Of a DNA stretch of 64,000 bases, positions 49,288 through 64,000 are shown one piece after another. The DNA is taken from contig NMRA01000025.1 of the NCBI GenBank assembly GCA_002633005.1, positions 531,502 through 595,501 on the forward strand, read 5' to 3'. Made by a program: the position numbers and the translations under genes. Source of the stretch: Phoronis australis. Taxonomy: Eukaryota; Animalia; Phoronida. Under the pieces are notes generated by a model, which was not told the DNA's origin, did no database searches, and worked only from the letters and a program-made list of their open reading frames with translations. The stretch's first letter is position 1. Every line of letters begins with the position of its first letter.

Positions 49288-51703
49288 TGCTCACATAATT
49301 AGCGACGGGGCTTCGGTACTCGAGTAATCCCCCTTGATGAGCGACTAGTTGCACTTGAATCATGGACAAACGATGTTGCGTGCCAACTGAGAAATCTCCA
49401 CACAGTCCTGTTTCCACAAGTGGTGCTAGTATAAGACAACACTCCCGAGATATCAACCGGACTTATGCTGCGTTGATATTTTGGACATAAAGTACACACA
49501 GGGCACCCTCTACTCATCTTCCAAAAATGGTCCTGATACTTATTCGAGGATATATAACCACTAGTCAGGGTCCAGAGTCTAATCTTTGTACTCGAAATTC
49601 TTTATATTTTAAGTTCAACTTTAATCAAGACAAATTGTTGTCTGTTTTTTCTGTGTTCGAGTTTGTGATGGTTTATGCTGATTATTGTGTAGTCCCAAGT
49701 CTGTATTTGATGACCTCTATATTCGAGTTCCAATTTTCAGTGAAGTCGAGAGTTTGAGTAAAAGTTTGAAATTTTGTGTTCTAACTTGAACATGTAGCCT
49801 TATAGTAGAGGTCATCAACTGTAAGCTAGGATGACACAGTTATCCACATAAACCATACATGTAGTATACTCGAGAACAGAATTAGACATTTATCTCAAGA
49901 TTGTACAAAAGTAGAATTAAAAATGTCAAAATAATTCCATATCAAATACAAGGAATAGGCTGTAACCCCTGATTACATTGGTTTTCAACAAGGGCTAATG
50001 AAAGATGTACGTGTAGAAAATAGGCAAAATCTGAAAGCAAAAACTTTCTAATCTCAGTGTTGTTTATCCCATCTAATTTGTTTAAACTACAAGTACCTGT
50101 TTTGAAAATTACAGAACTAGAAAATAGAATGGTTGCTTAGCTACCAAGAATATCATAAAATTGAGGCTACAGACACATCTCCTGTGCAATTAACAAATCG
50201 TTCATTATAAAGCAATCTTGTCATGCAAAAAAACAAACCAGAGTTCCCAAAATTAATCACAGTGTGTAGTGGTAACAAAAGTTTTATAGTCTGTTCTTTT
50301 GTAAAACAATGGAAGAGCCATTGGCGAGTCAATTTTTAATGAAATTGTGTAGATTTGTGTTTTGTGCTAATTTATTTATTTTTATTGATGAGTTTGCATC
50401 AAAAGTAAATGAGTGAACAGGACAACATCCTTTTTGTTCCAAACACAAGGTCATGGTTAAAAATAGTGCTTTTTGAGTTCGACCAAACATTCAAAGGAGA
50501 AAGTCAACGTTTTCAGCGTTGCCTCATAATTTTCCAGCATTCAGTACTGTTTTTCAGCTCCTTATTAAAAAGATCACATCTTGTTTCTGTATGAACTTCC
50601 ATTGAGTAGACATTATCTTTGGCTTGCTTATGAACACAGCCTGGCGATCACTGTGTTTACTCAATAAATACAGAAGCAATTGGATGTCGACTCATTTTGA
50701 GCTGCTTGTAACTGAATGGCATACGGTGTGAAGGGTTCAGAACTAGTTGTTGGGCATACTATAATACAAAGCATGCCCAAACAAGGGTTCAATACTATGT
50801 ATTGAAAAGAAATTGAAACACTGGTTTTAATGGAAACTTGGAGCAAGGAATAAGTTTTGAACAGCTTGGAAGTGTCGAGCAAAAACGACATGGCATTTGC
50901 GCAGGGCATGGCCCCTGAAAACTGCTGGTGGAAAAACTGCATAAGTGAACGCAGTGTAATCAGTCATTTGTTTTCTTAGTGAAGTTAACTCCAAAAGTAT
51001 TGGCTTTACCCTTTTAGACGTCAACCCATGTTCCCACACATGGTCTCAACACAGCAATGTGCACGTCGTGGAAGGACTTGCACAAAATTTCAAGATAACA
51101 GGACTGAAGGTGTATACCTAAAACAAGGTTGGGAAGTTATTCTCCTTAATAGTGACCATTTGCAACAAGCAAGATTTTTTAAGTCGTTAAAATCAAGGTT
51201 CAGAGATATAAGTAAACCAGCTACACAACAAAAATTGTATATATAACCTGAAGGAAAAACATTATAGGTGTATATATTTCATAAAACAATTCATTTGTGA
51301 TTGGTTAGACGGATGATAAACTACTGAAACTAATAATGAGATTCATAAATGCACTTCTAAGCACAACAGCGTACAGGTAAAAAATACAAGTAAAATTTTC
51401 AATGGTAATTTGCGATTCATGTAAAACCCTTGCCTCAAATGGGGAATTTCCTCATGAGCGCCGATATAGAAACAACATTTTTGAAATAATCAAAACAAAC
51501 GCACATCATGGTAGTGTTTGCTGTTGTTTCTCAGGAGGCGTTTCCAGGTTCCGAAAGACATCCAGCCAAACAATCTTGAGCGTTTTTCAGGTGGTTTTAT
51601 GGAAACTAGAATGTCCGTCAGTTATGCACAGCTACATAAACTTCCATAAGCATCTGATAATGGTATTCAATTCTTTTCATGATCCAACTTTGTCAATTCT
51701 CCC

Positions 51704-54700
51704 CTACAGATCGGATGCTGCCCTTCGCCTTATCCCATCGGCAAGGATACTCTTCTCGTGTTCAGATTCACATTCCAGCTCCTCGATGATTTCATCTACG
51801 TCGCCCGATTCTTTCTCAGCAACACTCTCCTGAGCATCCCCAATCTTAGTCCTCAAATGAGCCTGGTCACATTCGGCCAACTCACGGTCATCCACATGAC
51901 CATCCTCGCTGACATCATCGCTTGTGTCACCATCAAACTCGAGATCAGAGGTGTTCAAGACATCCTCTTGGCCACAACTGCCATCCATGTCATTATGATT
52001 AACAAGGTCTTCCATAACTGTATCTTCCGCACAGCTCTCATGTTCCTTCCCACTACCGTATACTGCTGAGATATTATCAACATCCAAGTTGTCTTTATTT
52101 GATGGCTTCTCACAGCTATTCTCCTGGAGATGGGATAAACACAAGTGATTATGCCTGGTATACTTGCTGACCTTCAATACATGACATACTAAATAAGGTT
52201 GGATAACAATTAGCCAGCCATGTGCACATACAAGTTTAAGAAAGTGCAACTTGCACGCTAATTCCTTATCTCTAAGATTGCTTGTTCAAATTAGTTGGAA
52301 ACATAACATACAGTGACGATGTGAATATGAAGTGGGTTGAAAATTGCCAAATGTTTTTGAAGTATAAATTTGTGTCGAAAACGATACGCTGAAAATCAGA
52401 GTAGACAATGTTCAACTAGCATTGTCGTTTAGTTCCAGCTATACATTAGCACAGTTAGCAGCATGCAAATACATGTTTAAGGTTGTGTAGGACCTCATCA
52501 GCAAGTGTGTACATGCTGCCACATCTGATCTGAGAACTATAAGATTTAACTCTCAGTACAAGTATATTTTTTCTAAAAGTAGAAACTAGCCACTAGAATC
52601 CATTTCTGCATACCAATCTGCCAGTGATTAGAACTCATGACCATGTCTTTTTAATGAAATTTAGGAAAAAAGAAATGTACATAAGCAGTAAACTATTGGC
52701 ATCTGAAATAACATTAACCAAATTTCACATTTTTTCATAAATATCACAAGTCCTGTTTTTGATAACCCAAAAAGTGGATCATTTAAAAAACAATTACACA
52801 CATCATTTTGGAGAACAGGACAAAAAGCATTAAAGTTGAAAGTTAAGTTCAATCTGATCAGTTATATAATATATCTGCAGACATAATAATCCATAGTTGA
52901 AAATTTTTCAAGGGTCTTACATAACCTCAACTAACTTCCGCTTGGTATGGCATTGACAGGAACAAACATTTGAATTATTGAAGGAGAGGGCCAGCACACG
53001 TTGAGTTTTGTAACTAATGGAAGCAACAGGCCTGGACATATACCACCCTGTAACTAATGGGAGCAACAGGCCTGGACACTTACCACCCTGTAACTAATGC
53101 AAGCAACAGGCCTGGACATGTATACCACCCTGTAACTAATGGAAGCAACAGGCCTGGACACATACCACCCTGTAACTAATGGAAGCAACAGGCCTGGACA
53201 CATACCACCCTGTAACTAATTGACATCATTTATTATATTATGACTTTCTGGACCAATCTAATAAAGGAACCATAGAATAGTCACATGTCAACCATACTTA
53301 CANAGAACAGGACAAAAAGCATTAAAGTTGAAAGTTAAGTTCAATCTGATCAGTTATATAATATATCATCAGACATAATAATCCATAGTTGAAAATTTTT
53401 CAAGGGTCTTACATAACCTCAACTAACTTCCGCTTGGTATGGCATTGACAGGAACAAACATTTGAATTATTGAAGGAGAGGGCCAGCACACGTTGAGTTT
53501 GGTAACTAATGGAAGCAACAGGCCTGGACATATACCACCCTGTAACTAATGGGAGCAACAGGCCTGGACACTTACCACCCTGTAACTAATGGAAGCAACA
53601 GGCCTGGACATGTATACCACCCTGTAACTAATGGAAGCAACATGCCTGGACACATACCACCCTGTAACTAATGGAAGCAACAGGCCTGGACACATACCAC
53701 CCTGTAACTAATTGACATCATTTATTATATTATGACTTTCTGGACCAATCTAATAAAGGAACCATAGAATAGTCACATGTCAACCATACTTACAAGAGAG
53801 GACTCAGTGCTTGTGAATACTACAACATACTTTGGCTCATCTCACTATATCCAAAATAATACATTTTCTTGAAAAAAAATGTTTTGCTCAAATGCAGGTG
53901 CACACTTCCATGCTTCAACTATAGGCACAGGCAGCTATTCCTTGTATGTATGCAGGTCTAAAATGGCCGGTGTGCTTCTTGTGTAGGTTTGCCCACGTTT
54001 AGTAGTTTTCATTTTATTACCGACTTCATTAGTATTGAATACAAGTCAACATCTACCATTTTGTAATGGACAATTTTAAAAGCTTGATTCACATACTATT
54101 TCAAAATTTTGCTCTATGCTTTATGCTCTAAGTGCACACAGGCCCCCTTATGGATGTAGGCGATGATTCTCATATGGGCTCATGCGCCTAAATAAGTGCA
54201 TAATTATGTACCTTGCTGAGTTTTTCTTGAGTCATGCTTTCCACATCCTCTGTCTTTTTGCTGACTGCCTGCATGGCCTTCATAATTTGTTTCATTTGTT
54301 CCTCAGTCTCAAGGAGGCGTTGCTGCAGAACCCTGAGTTCTTGTGTGCCTGTAAAGATGAGAACCAAGTGTTGCAGTCTTGACAATATACCACAAATTTC
54401 GGAAATAGTTGTTACTAAAAGGTTCCTCAATTTAGAGCAAGATAAGGTGAAACAATGAAATCTTATTTCGTTAACTTCTTGGCAAAAACAGAATAAAATA
54501 TGCTTACTAAAGCAGCTATAAACCTGCACCATAACATGAGTTCTGCATCGTCCCAGTTTACCCCAACCGTTCATGAACAGCCCACTGTCATATCAGTTAC
54601 CCAGCACTAATGAAGTGGAAATAATTCCATCCCCACTACTTTGCTCATCAGAAAAGAAGCTGAAATTAACTCAATCTATCAATGCAGTTACAACTACACC

Positions 54701-56583
54701 TCAGTTCAAATGCCTCCCGCTTTGCCAAGTGTTCAAAGTTGACGGGTAAAATTTTCGCACCTGGAAACAATTTGATTGTGACACCAGTGTAAACACGCTT
54801 AACATGACATGGTTCCGTCCAAGAATGAACTTTTGATCTAGACCACTAACCACTATAAAATTGATTTTATTGATTTTAACTTGTCCATAACAAGATTGAA
54901 AGTTATTTCTGGGATTGGAAACGCCAAGTGAAAGTGCGTTCTTCCTTGAGACCTAGTTGGTAAACCAACCCTCAAGTTTTTACTCGTTTTTGCTTGTCAC
55001 TCTGCCATTTGCATTTTTTATTCTACCGGTGAACTCATGAACTAAAGCATTCACTGGGCTTATTGGCTGGCATTCAGGTGACTGCGTAACATTATTAGGT
55101 CAAAAACTATGACTAGAAGATGGTAGATGATTTGATTCACTGATGTTAGAGGAAGGTAAAAAGAAACCAAATACAACCGGTAAGATCGTTTACAGTTTCT
55201 TGAACATGTCAAAGGAATTTGATTTGGTTAGTACTAACATTAATAAATACACTGAGCAAGAATTTTCTGCCTCCAGCTCTATTAAAGAGCTGAGTATTGG
55301 CCACTTGAGACCATCCTCTGTGCATAAAATGAAGCACCATGACAATTAAACTTGTAGAACCTAATCTCTTGCAATAACACACTGTCAATTCTTTCGGAGC
55401 CCTAAAATCACCTCAAATTTGACTAAGGAATAATTTGAGAACAATTTCATAATAATGAATAGTCTAAAGCAAAATTTTTTTTTTTTTTAAGTAAGGCAGG
55501 TTTATTACACAATTTTTCATTTGTTTAGTTAGACACATACAGCTTTCATGGTGAATTTTTTTAAAAGCTGGCTTTGGCGATTATTGTTCTTCAAGGCTGA
55601 GGAAATGTTACTGCACTGTGCACACTGGCACACTGAATGATGCGCCATCTCAACCAATTTGTGACAACAAATACATATAACTGAGAAATACTAATATGAA
55701 TAACCACTAGCGTACTCATGTTGTTGTAGTCACCATCGAGATCGCTACACTTCTCCAGCAGATGCTCAAACCGTTTCTGTTTGCGTTTCTTCTTCAAATA
55801 CTCTTTGTAGTCCTCGTCCAATCCTTCCAAGTCACTGTCATCGTCATTGGCACCAACGTAACGAAACTCCTTCGCCTGGCCATCGTATCGAATGTTTCGG
55901 TATGCGTCCAAGTCGCGCTGTCGTAGACTTTCGAGGGTGTGTCTACCACTGGGCTTTCCATCTCGATTTAAAATCTATGATAGGGTGGATAGAACACAAT
56001 CAAGAACCAGCAAGTTGAGCAAATATTCCTTTTACCACAACAATTAGTTATGCCCACTTACCTATGGCGAGGAGGCAGTGTTGGCCAGTGGGACAACTGT
56101 TTGCTTCCTCAAGGACGTGGGTTGGAGTCCCACTGGGGCACACTGCTGGACCCTTGAGTCAGGTCTCTAGCTTCTCAACTCAGTTTTGACTATATATTAA
56201 TAAACAATAAAAGTGGTTCAAAGTGATCAGTGCAATGGGCCCACCTGTATGGTCTGTGCCCGTCTGGTACAACGAGTACCAGACACGTCTGGTACAATGA
56301 GTACCAGACCGCCTGCAATTATTTTTATGCATACCCACAAAGAAATATCAGATTTTTTTGCCAAAACCAGATCACAGTGACAAAAGTATTTAAACCTAAG
56401 AAAAAAACTTTTTATCAACAAGAATTATGGACTGATTCCGTTGTATTGATGAAAACGTAAACACAAATCACCATACCAATAACACGTCATAAACTTGTAT
56501 ACAGGAACTAGAACTAGGTAATTCTGATTTTAGACCAAGGTAATAACAGAAAATGGGTAACATATGCTTTGACAATGATTGAC

Positions 56584-56614
<31 letters not shown>

Positions 56615-59600
56615 GTATGTATATGTATGACAATGATTGACTTTATATATATATATGTATATGTATGTATACATATGCTTTGACAATGATTGACTATATA
56701 TATATGTATATGTATGTGTCCAAACATTTCACATTAACTCAAAACGACATCACTCAGAGGAAGTAAAACATGCTAATTAAGCAAACGAGGTAAATCACCA
56801 AAGCATTGGCACCAAAATGTACCAGAACAAAAAATTGGCTGGTGTCAATTCTGTAGTTGCAATGGTTATATTCATTTCAGTTTCATATTGATTTTTAGAC
56901 TAAGATGATGCTGCCAACCCCTTTACCTTGGAGACCATGTAAAGCAGGTAGATAACAATGCCGACACCGTAAACAGGTAACACCATGCTGACCAGGCCGG
57001 AGCCTCGACCACCGCCATCTTGTTTCCCATTCAAGGCTTGTTGGCGCATTTCAGCTGCATGCATGGCCGGTGACATGTGCCTCGACCGCGACTGTCAATA
57101 GAGTAATTACAGTAAAATTAAGGAAATTTATTAAGGAAGATTTGCACACTTCACCAGCTACTGAGACATACAAACCACTGGCAACAAAGGGTTTAATTTT
57201 ATCTGAAAATGCTAAATTTCTAAAGGGTCCAAGCTACCACATGCCTGGTACTGTGTTCCTGGTAATATACAGGTGCGAACCAAATTTGATAGAAATTAGA
57301 TCAAAAAAGTATCTAGAGGTATAAAAAGCTTCCAATAAGGAAACATTAAAGAGGCTTTTCACTCACTGAAAGTAGTTGAAAACGATTGCACAATCACTGA
57401 AAACATGTGTTTACTTAGCTGGAACTCTTATGGAAAACATACTTTTTTCAAAACCACAGTTATCCTCCTCAGACCACCAGCCCATTTATGCCCACAGTTT
57501 GCAACCCAAAAATCTGACCTCCTGCAGAGCTGAGTCCCTGAGCTCCGCCAAACTGATTTTTTGACAAGACCATGAGCTCATATGATCAACAGAATAGTTA
57601 CCTTCTCTTGTCCCGTATGTGGATTGATGCCTCTTGCTCGTGCAGCCGGGTGCATGTTTTGCATTCGCTCTGAAACATTTTGAAAACGATATTCACAAAC
57701 CAATGAACTCATATTTAAAAAAACACGCTACGGACAAATATAATGAAAATTGTTATTCGGGTACCTTTACTGGCTCATGAAACTGAAATGCGGTATCACA
57801 TAACAGGTTATTATAAATTTCAGTAAAGATCTAGGCTTCCCCCCTTTAATGCTAAGCTCAATTGGATTAAATTGTATTTTGGTAATGGGGATGGAAGGGC
57901 CCCCGAGTGCCCTACGTTAACAGTGACTTCCATACAATGAACCAACAAGCAGCTTCATCTAACAGGTGCTAGTCAGTAGGTACGGTTGTTACAAAGGAAG
58001 TGGCCCCACCGAGAGGCTGTCAGAAAATAACCTGCCATGGATTCCATACAAGTAATGAGCTGCAATGTTCCTAAGGCCCAACCAAAGTGGTGATCTCAGA
58101 AGTATTACGGTATGTAGCAAAGATTATTGAGTTTGTAAAAGTTTTGCAAAATAATTTGACACCATTGCACATCAGAAAATGGAAGAAAAGGTGTGTACTT
58201 TCCTATTTAACAGATTCAGTTACACAAATGATTGACGCTGTCTCTTGGGTGCCCTAAAAGGTTAAAGATTTAAAGAATGTTGTGTAAAGTTTTATGTCAA
58301 TTCATTAATGAATTCCTCTGGTTTAAATCAGGAGGCCATGTTTGTTGTTGCCTTAAAACGATGCCTTGCGTGGGTGAAGAGAACTTGTCAGCGTGTTCAG
58401 TCAAAATGCATTTTGCTTTCAAGTCTTCTTCACCCACTTTAAGTGACAATTCGCAAAAAATCAGTGTTCTACAGTAATTTCATAAATTCCTTTATATACG
58501 TTTTAATTATCCAGTCATACCTTTGTCAAGTAACAGCTGGCAGTCTGGGCTCAAGAGTCTTCTCCATTGTTTTAGAAAATAGTGCCATACTAGTAGTTAC
58601 AGTAGTGGGGGGGAGCAGAGCAGGGGCAGCACTGAGAAGGGTGATCAACCATGGAGGCAAAAGGCAAAAAATGCGACTGCCGAGAGGGGAGTGCATCGTT
58701 ATCTTTACCCCTGGGCCATGAAGGAACTTCTTGCCACTATGGACACATTTTAGGAGCTAAGATTTTAGGAATCACACAAATAAGTATCAAGTTCACGAAG
58801 GTAACTATAACGAAGGTTCATCAAGGAAAAAAATGCTGAGTGAGAACAGATTTGCAGTACAAGAAAAAAGTTGATGAGTACTATAAGAGCTTTAATACCA
58901 AATTTGTCATATTAACAGAGCCAATTATTTTAGTGAATTACAGATAACTCATAATTAATTTATTTATTATTTTGGAATACTGAAGTATTCAGTATGTGTA
59001 CTGTATTTTACACAAGAGAATAAACCTGATTAGTATTACAAACCTTTTTGTAATGCTTTGTTAAGAAAATTATAAACAAAATTACAGATACTACTTTGTT
59101 TTGAACCTCTTGTTATGGGTAATCGCATGGACACATTTTTCAAATTTAAGCATTTTTAAATTTTGAAATTTGTTATACCTACAATTCAGTGACTACACAT
59201 ACTTTTTTCAGCTTTAGCTATAGGATGCAATCTTCTTGTTTCAGGCAAAATCGTAAAAACCGACAGAGGGCACTAGCCAATCCTGGTGTAAAAACTCCTT
59301 GGTTTTGCTTCAAGATTCAAAATTTAGAAGCAAAATATGCCAATGAGATCGCATTTTATAGAATTTCGAACGTATGTCACAGTTATAGAATACTATATTA
59401 CAAACAAACTGAGACCAGTGAAGGATAAACAACCGTCTCGTATGGACAGCAGTCAGTTGCATCCTACTCCGAGCTAGGCAAAAGTAAACATGAACATGAC
59501 GAATGTGGCAAGCAGCGATGGTGACGTCGCTTTTATCCAGTTTTTGGGGAACTCACCTAATGCTTCTTCTCTGGCACTTTTTCCAGACAATCCAAAAAGC

Positions 59601-59683
59601 TTCTGTATCATAGGGTGAAATATTTTAGGATAAAGAACGGCAAAGCAAGCGAAAATTATAAGAAAAACAACCCATGGCTTCAT
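51704..59683 (-). CDS. RIC3: Resistance to inhibitors of cholinesterase 3 (nAChR chaperone), 391 aa; coding exons 59683-59557, 57669-57602, 57091-56927, 55974-55716, 54348-54212, 52123-51704
   Basis: Phase-consistent GT-AG model (1176 nt). N-terminal hydrophobic IIFACFAVLYPKIFHPM, Gly-rich linker plus TM GLVSMVLPVYGVGIVIYLLYMVSK, coiled coil ELRVLQQRLLETEEQMKQIM, and an acidic tail ending IRRR. Confidence 0.9.
53008..53712. repeat. 40-bp minisatellite (5 copies), present twice inside a ~490-bp duplication split by a single N
   Basis: Unit TGTAACTAATGGAAGCAACAGGCCTGGACACATACCACCC; blocks 52813-53302 and 53304-53793. Confidence 0.9.
56069..56212 (+). mobile_element. tRNA-derived SINE (diverged copy) in RIC3 intron
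   Basis: GAGGAGGCAGTGTTGGCCAGTGG...GGTTGGAGTCCCACTGGGGCACACTGCT...CTCAGTTTT...AATAAA, colinear with the copy at 40908-41055. Confidence 0.7.
56562..56718. repeat. Compound (TA)n/(TATG)n microsatellite
   Basis: Three TGACAATGATTGACT anchors, each followed by TA/TATG runs. Confidence 0.9.
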
Positions 59684-60009
59684 CTTGCAGGTTTGTGGCC
59701 AAGTCTCGCGTTCAATGGGATATTGCGTTATTTTATACGATGTGGATAACGATGTTCCTTTGTTATAGTTGCAGCTTCGTATAGATAATCGCTGGTTCCC
59801 GGCAGACAACGTGTAGTGACTCCTTCGAAAACGTCTAGACTGAAGACGAAAACTTAAGTTTTTAAATCAATAAGATCGTATTCATTTTTACTACAGACAT
59901 TGATATTAGAAGAGTTTTGCAGATGACATGAAATCGGTTAAATAAGTTTTCTTTGGTTTGATTAACAACTGAACACTGCCAAGCATATAGGCCTCAGTAC
60001 TCGGGTATT

Positions 60010-62813
<2,804 letters not shown>

Positions 62814-62823
62814 ACAGGGAGAC

Positions 62824-63036
62824 CAGTGGCAGATATACGTTTTCAATTAAGGGGGGTTAGGATTCGAGCGCACTGAAGGTCGGGAGGGAGTTTCCCCACC
62901 CGTGTAATATTTTTTGTGGTTTATAGTAGCTGATTTCGTTTTTCTGGCGAAAATTTTTTCAATTATTATTTTTGACGCTGTACTGAGGACGGGTTTGAAC
63001 CCCCTGAACCCCCCCTCCCCTGTAGATCCGCCTCTG
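62824..63036 (-). mobile_element. 213-bp MITE related to the 31983-34325 element
   Basis: CAGTGGCAGATATACG...GTAGATCCGCCTCTG with a perfect 5-bp TSD GAGAC. Both subterminal regions match the ends of the 2.3-kb element in inverted orientation. Confidence 0.85.
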
Positions 63037-63199
63037 GAGACTACACATATGGTATTTCCTAATTACAGAGTAGGCTTGACCACATAGTTTTCATGTCAGT
63101 CACAGTCATCCACGATGAAACTAGTAATGACCAAGTTCAGTTATTCTCTTGTACAAACTAAAAAGGTTCACAACATTCATAAAAGTAAGGTAATGTAGA

Positions 63200-63720
63200 A
63201 TTACTTAATACTTCAGTTTTAAAACAAAAAACAGTTCCGTTGATAGTGTGATATTCAAGTTCATCACATTGTCCACATACTGCAAGAAGATTACAAAAAC
63301 CAGCAACTGAGGATCAGAGAACATTGCACTTTGAACAAGATCATCGGCATACACAAGATAGTTCATGATGTACACATGAGATACTACGAAGACAATTTTA
63401 CAGTTATTCAAAACTAAGTCCATCGATGTCGACATTGAAAAAGTAACACAATAGCAATACACCTTGTCTTACGTCATTTGAAGACTTGAGGAATGTTGGA
63501 AAAACGTGACCCCAACGTCAGGAGAATTGTTCAGAATACTAAAAATACATTCCACCAACATAACTAGGCAAACTTTAACATGATTTACTCGGTCTAATGC
63601 CCAGGTAACATGATTCAGTAGTCGTCATTGCCCTGGTAACATGAACAAAGTATGGAAATATGTTGCTGTTCAAAAGGTTAAATGCATTCGTAATTTCATT
63701 GATCTGTCCTATACATGTAA
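63200..63720 (-). mobile_element. Heavily decayed LINE RT fragment
   Basis: The minus strand reads NDVRQG, FNVDIDGLS and NYLVYADDLV across frameshifts. Confidence 0.7.
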
Positions 63721-64000
63721 TTATTTTTCAATCAAAAATGATCAGGCGGACTGAGTATAAGTGAAGTCCCGGATGCGGTCCCAAACAATAAATTACAAGT
63801 TTGAATTTAAAGTTGGTGCATCCTTTTTTCATATTTACCATTTGCGATAGATGCTAAATTGTTAAGAATTGAAACAAAATGAATTTTTACGAATGTTCAC
63901 AGAATTTTAACTTTTTAAACAAGCACATTATACTTTGAACAAAAGTTGACTTTCAAACAAAAAACGATTTCAGAACAATTTCAGAATTTAGCAGAATGCA

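Noticed and set aside
49288-51703. Overlapping 3' UTRs of convergent GFM1 and RIC3
   Set aside because: Several candidate poly(A) signals exist on both strands, so overlap cannot be established from sequence alone.
57519-57552. Possible extra RIC3 mini-exon (FGGAQGLSSAG)
   Set aside because: It would leave a ~49-nt intron with an A-rich acceptor and break phase with the next exon; the model is complete without it.

Overview
AT-rich, intron-containing animal genomic DNA from a draft assembly with N gaps. It looks like a marine invertebrate, but the species cannot be determined from the sequence. I reconstructed five protein-coding genes by hand with phase-consistent splice sites: (1) the 3' part of a spliced gene for a stand-alone periplasmic-binding-protein-like (SBP family 3/PBPb-type) protein (+, to 2639); (2) BDP1, the TFIIIB B'' subunit (-, 11 coding exons, 712 aa); (3) an intronless GT31 beta-1,3-galactosyltransferase (+); (4) mitochondrial EF-G1/GFM1 (+, 4 coding exons, one GC-AG intron); (5) RIC3 (-, 6 coding exons). 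The non-coding DNA is full of mobile elements: a hAT-like family with 5-bp target duplications (a decayed 2.3-kb parent plus MITEs), a long-TIR element with 9-bp duplications (2 copies), Helentron-associated-like repeats carrying many CTCF-like motifs, tRNA-derived SINEs, LINE remnants and several minisatellites. Several apparent tandem duplications flank N gaps and are probably uncollapsed alleles. There is no CRISPR array, rRNA or intact tRNA. All family assignments rest on motif recognition, not database searches.
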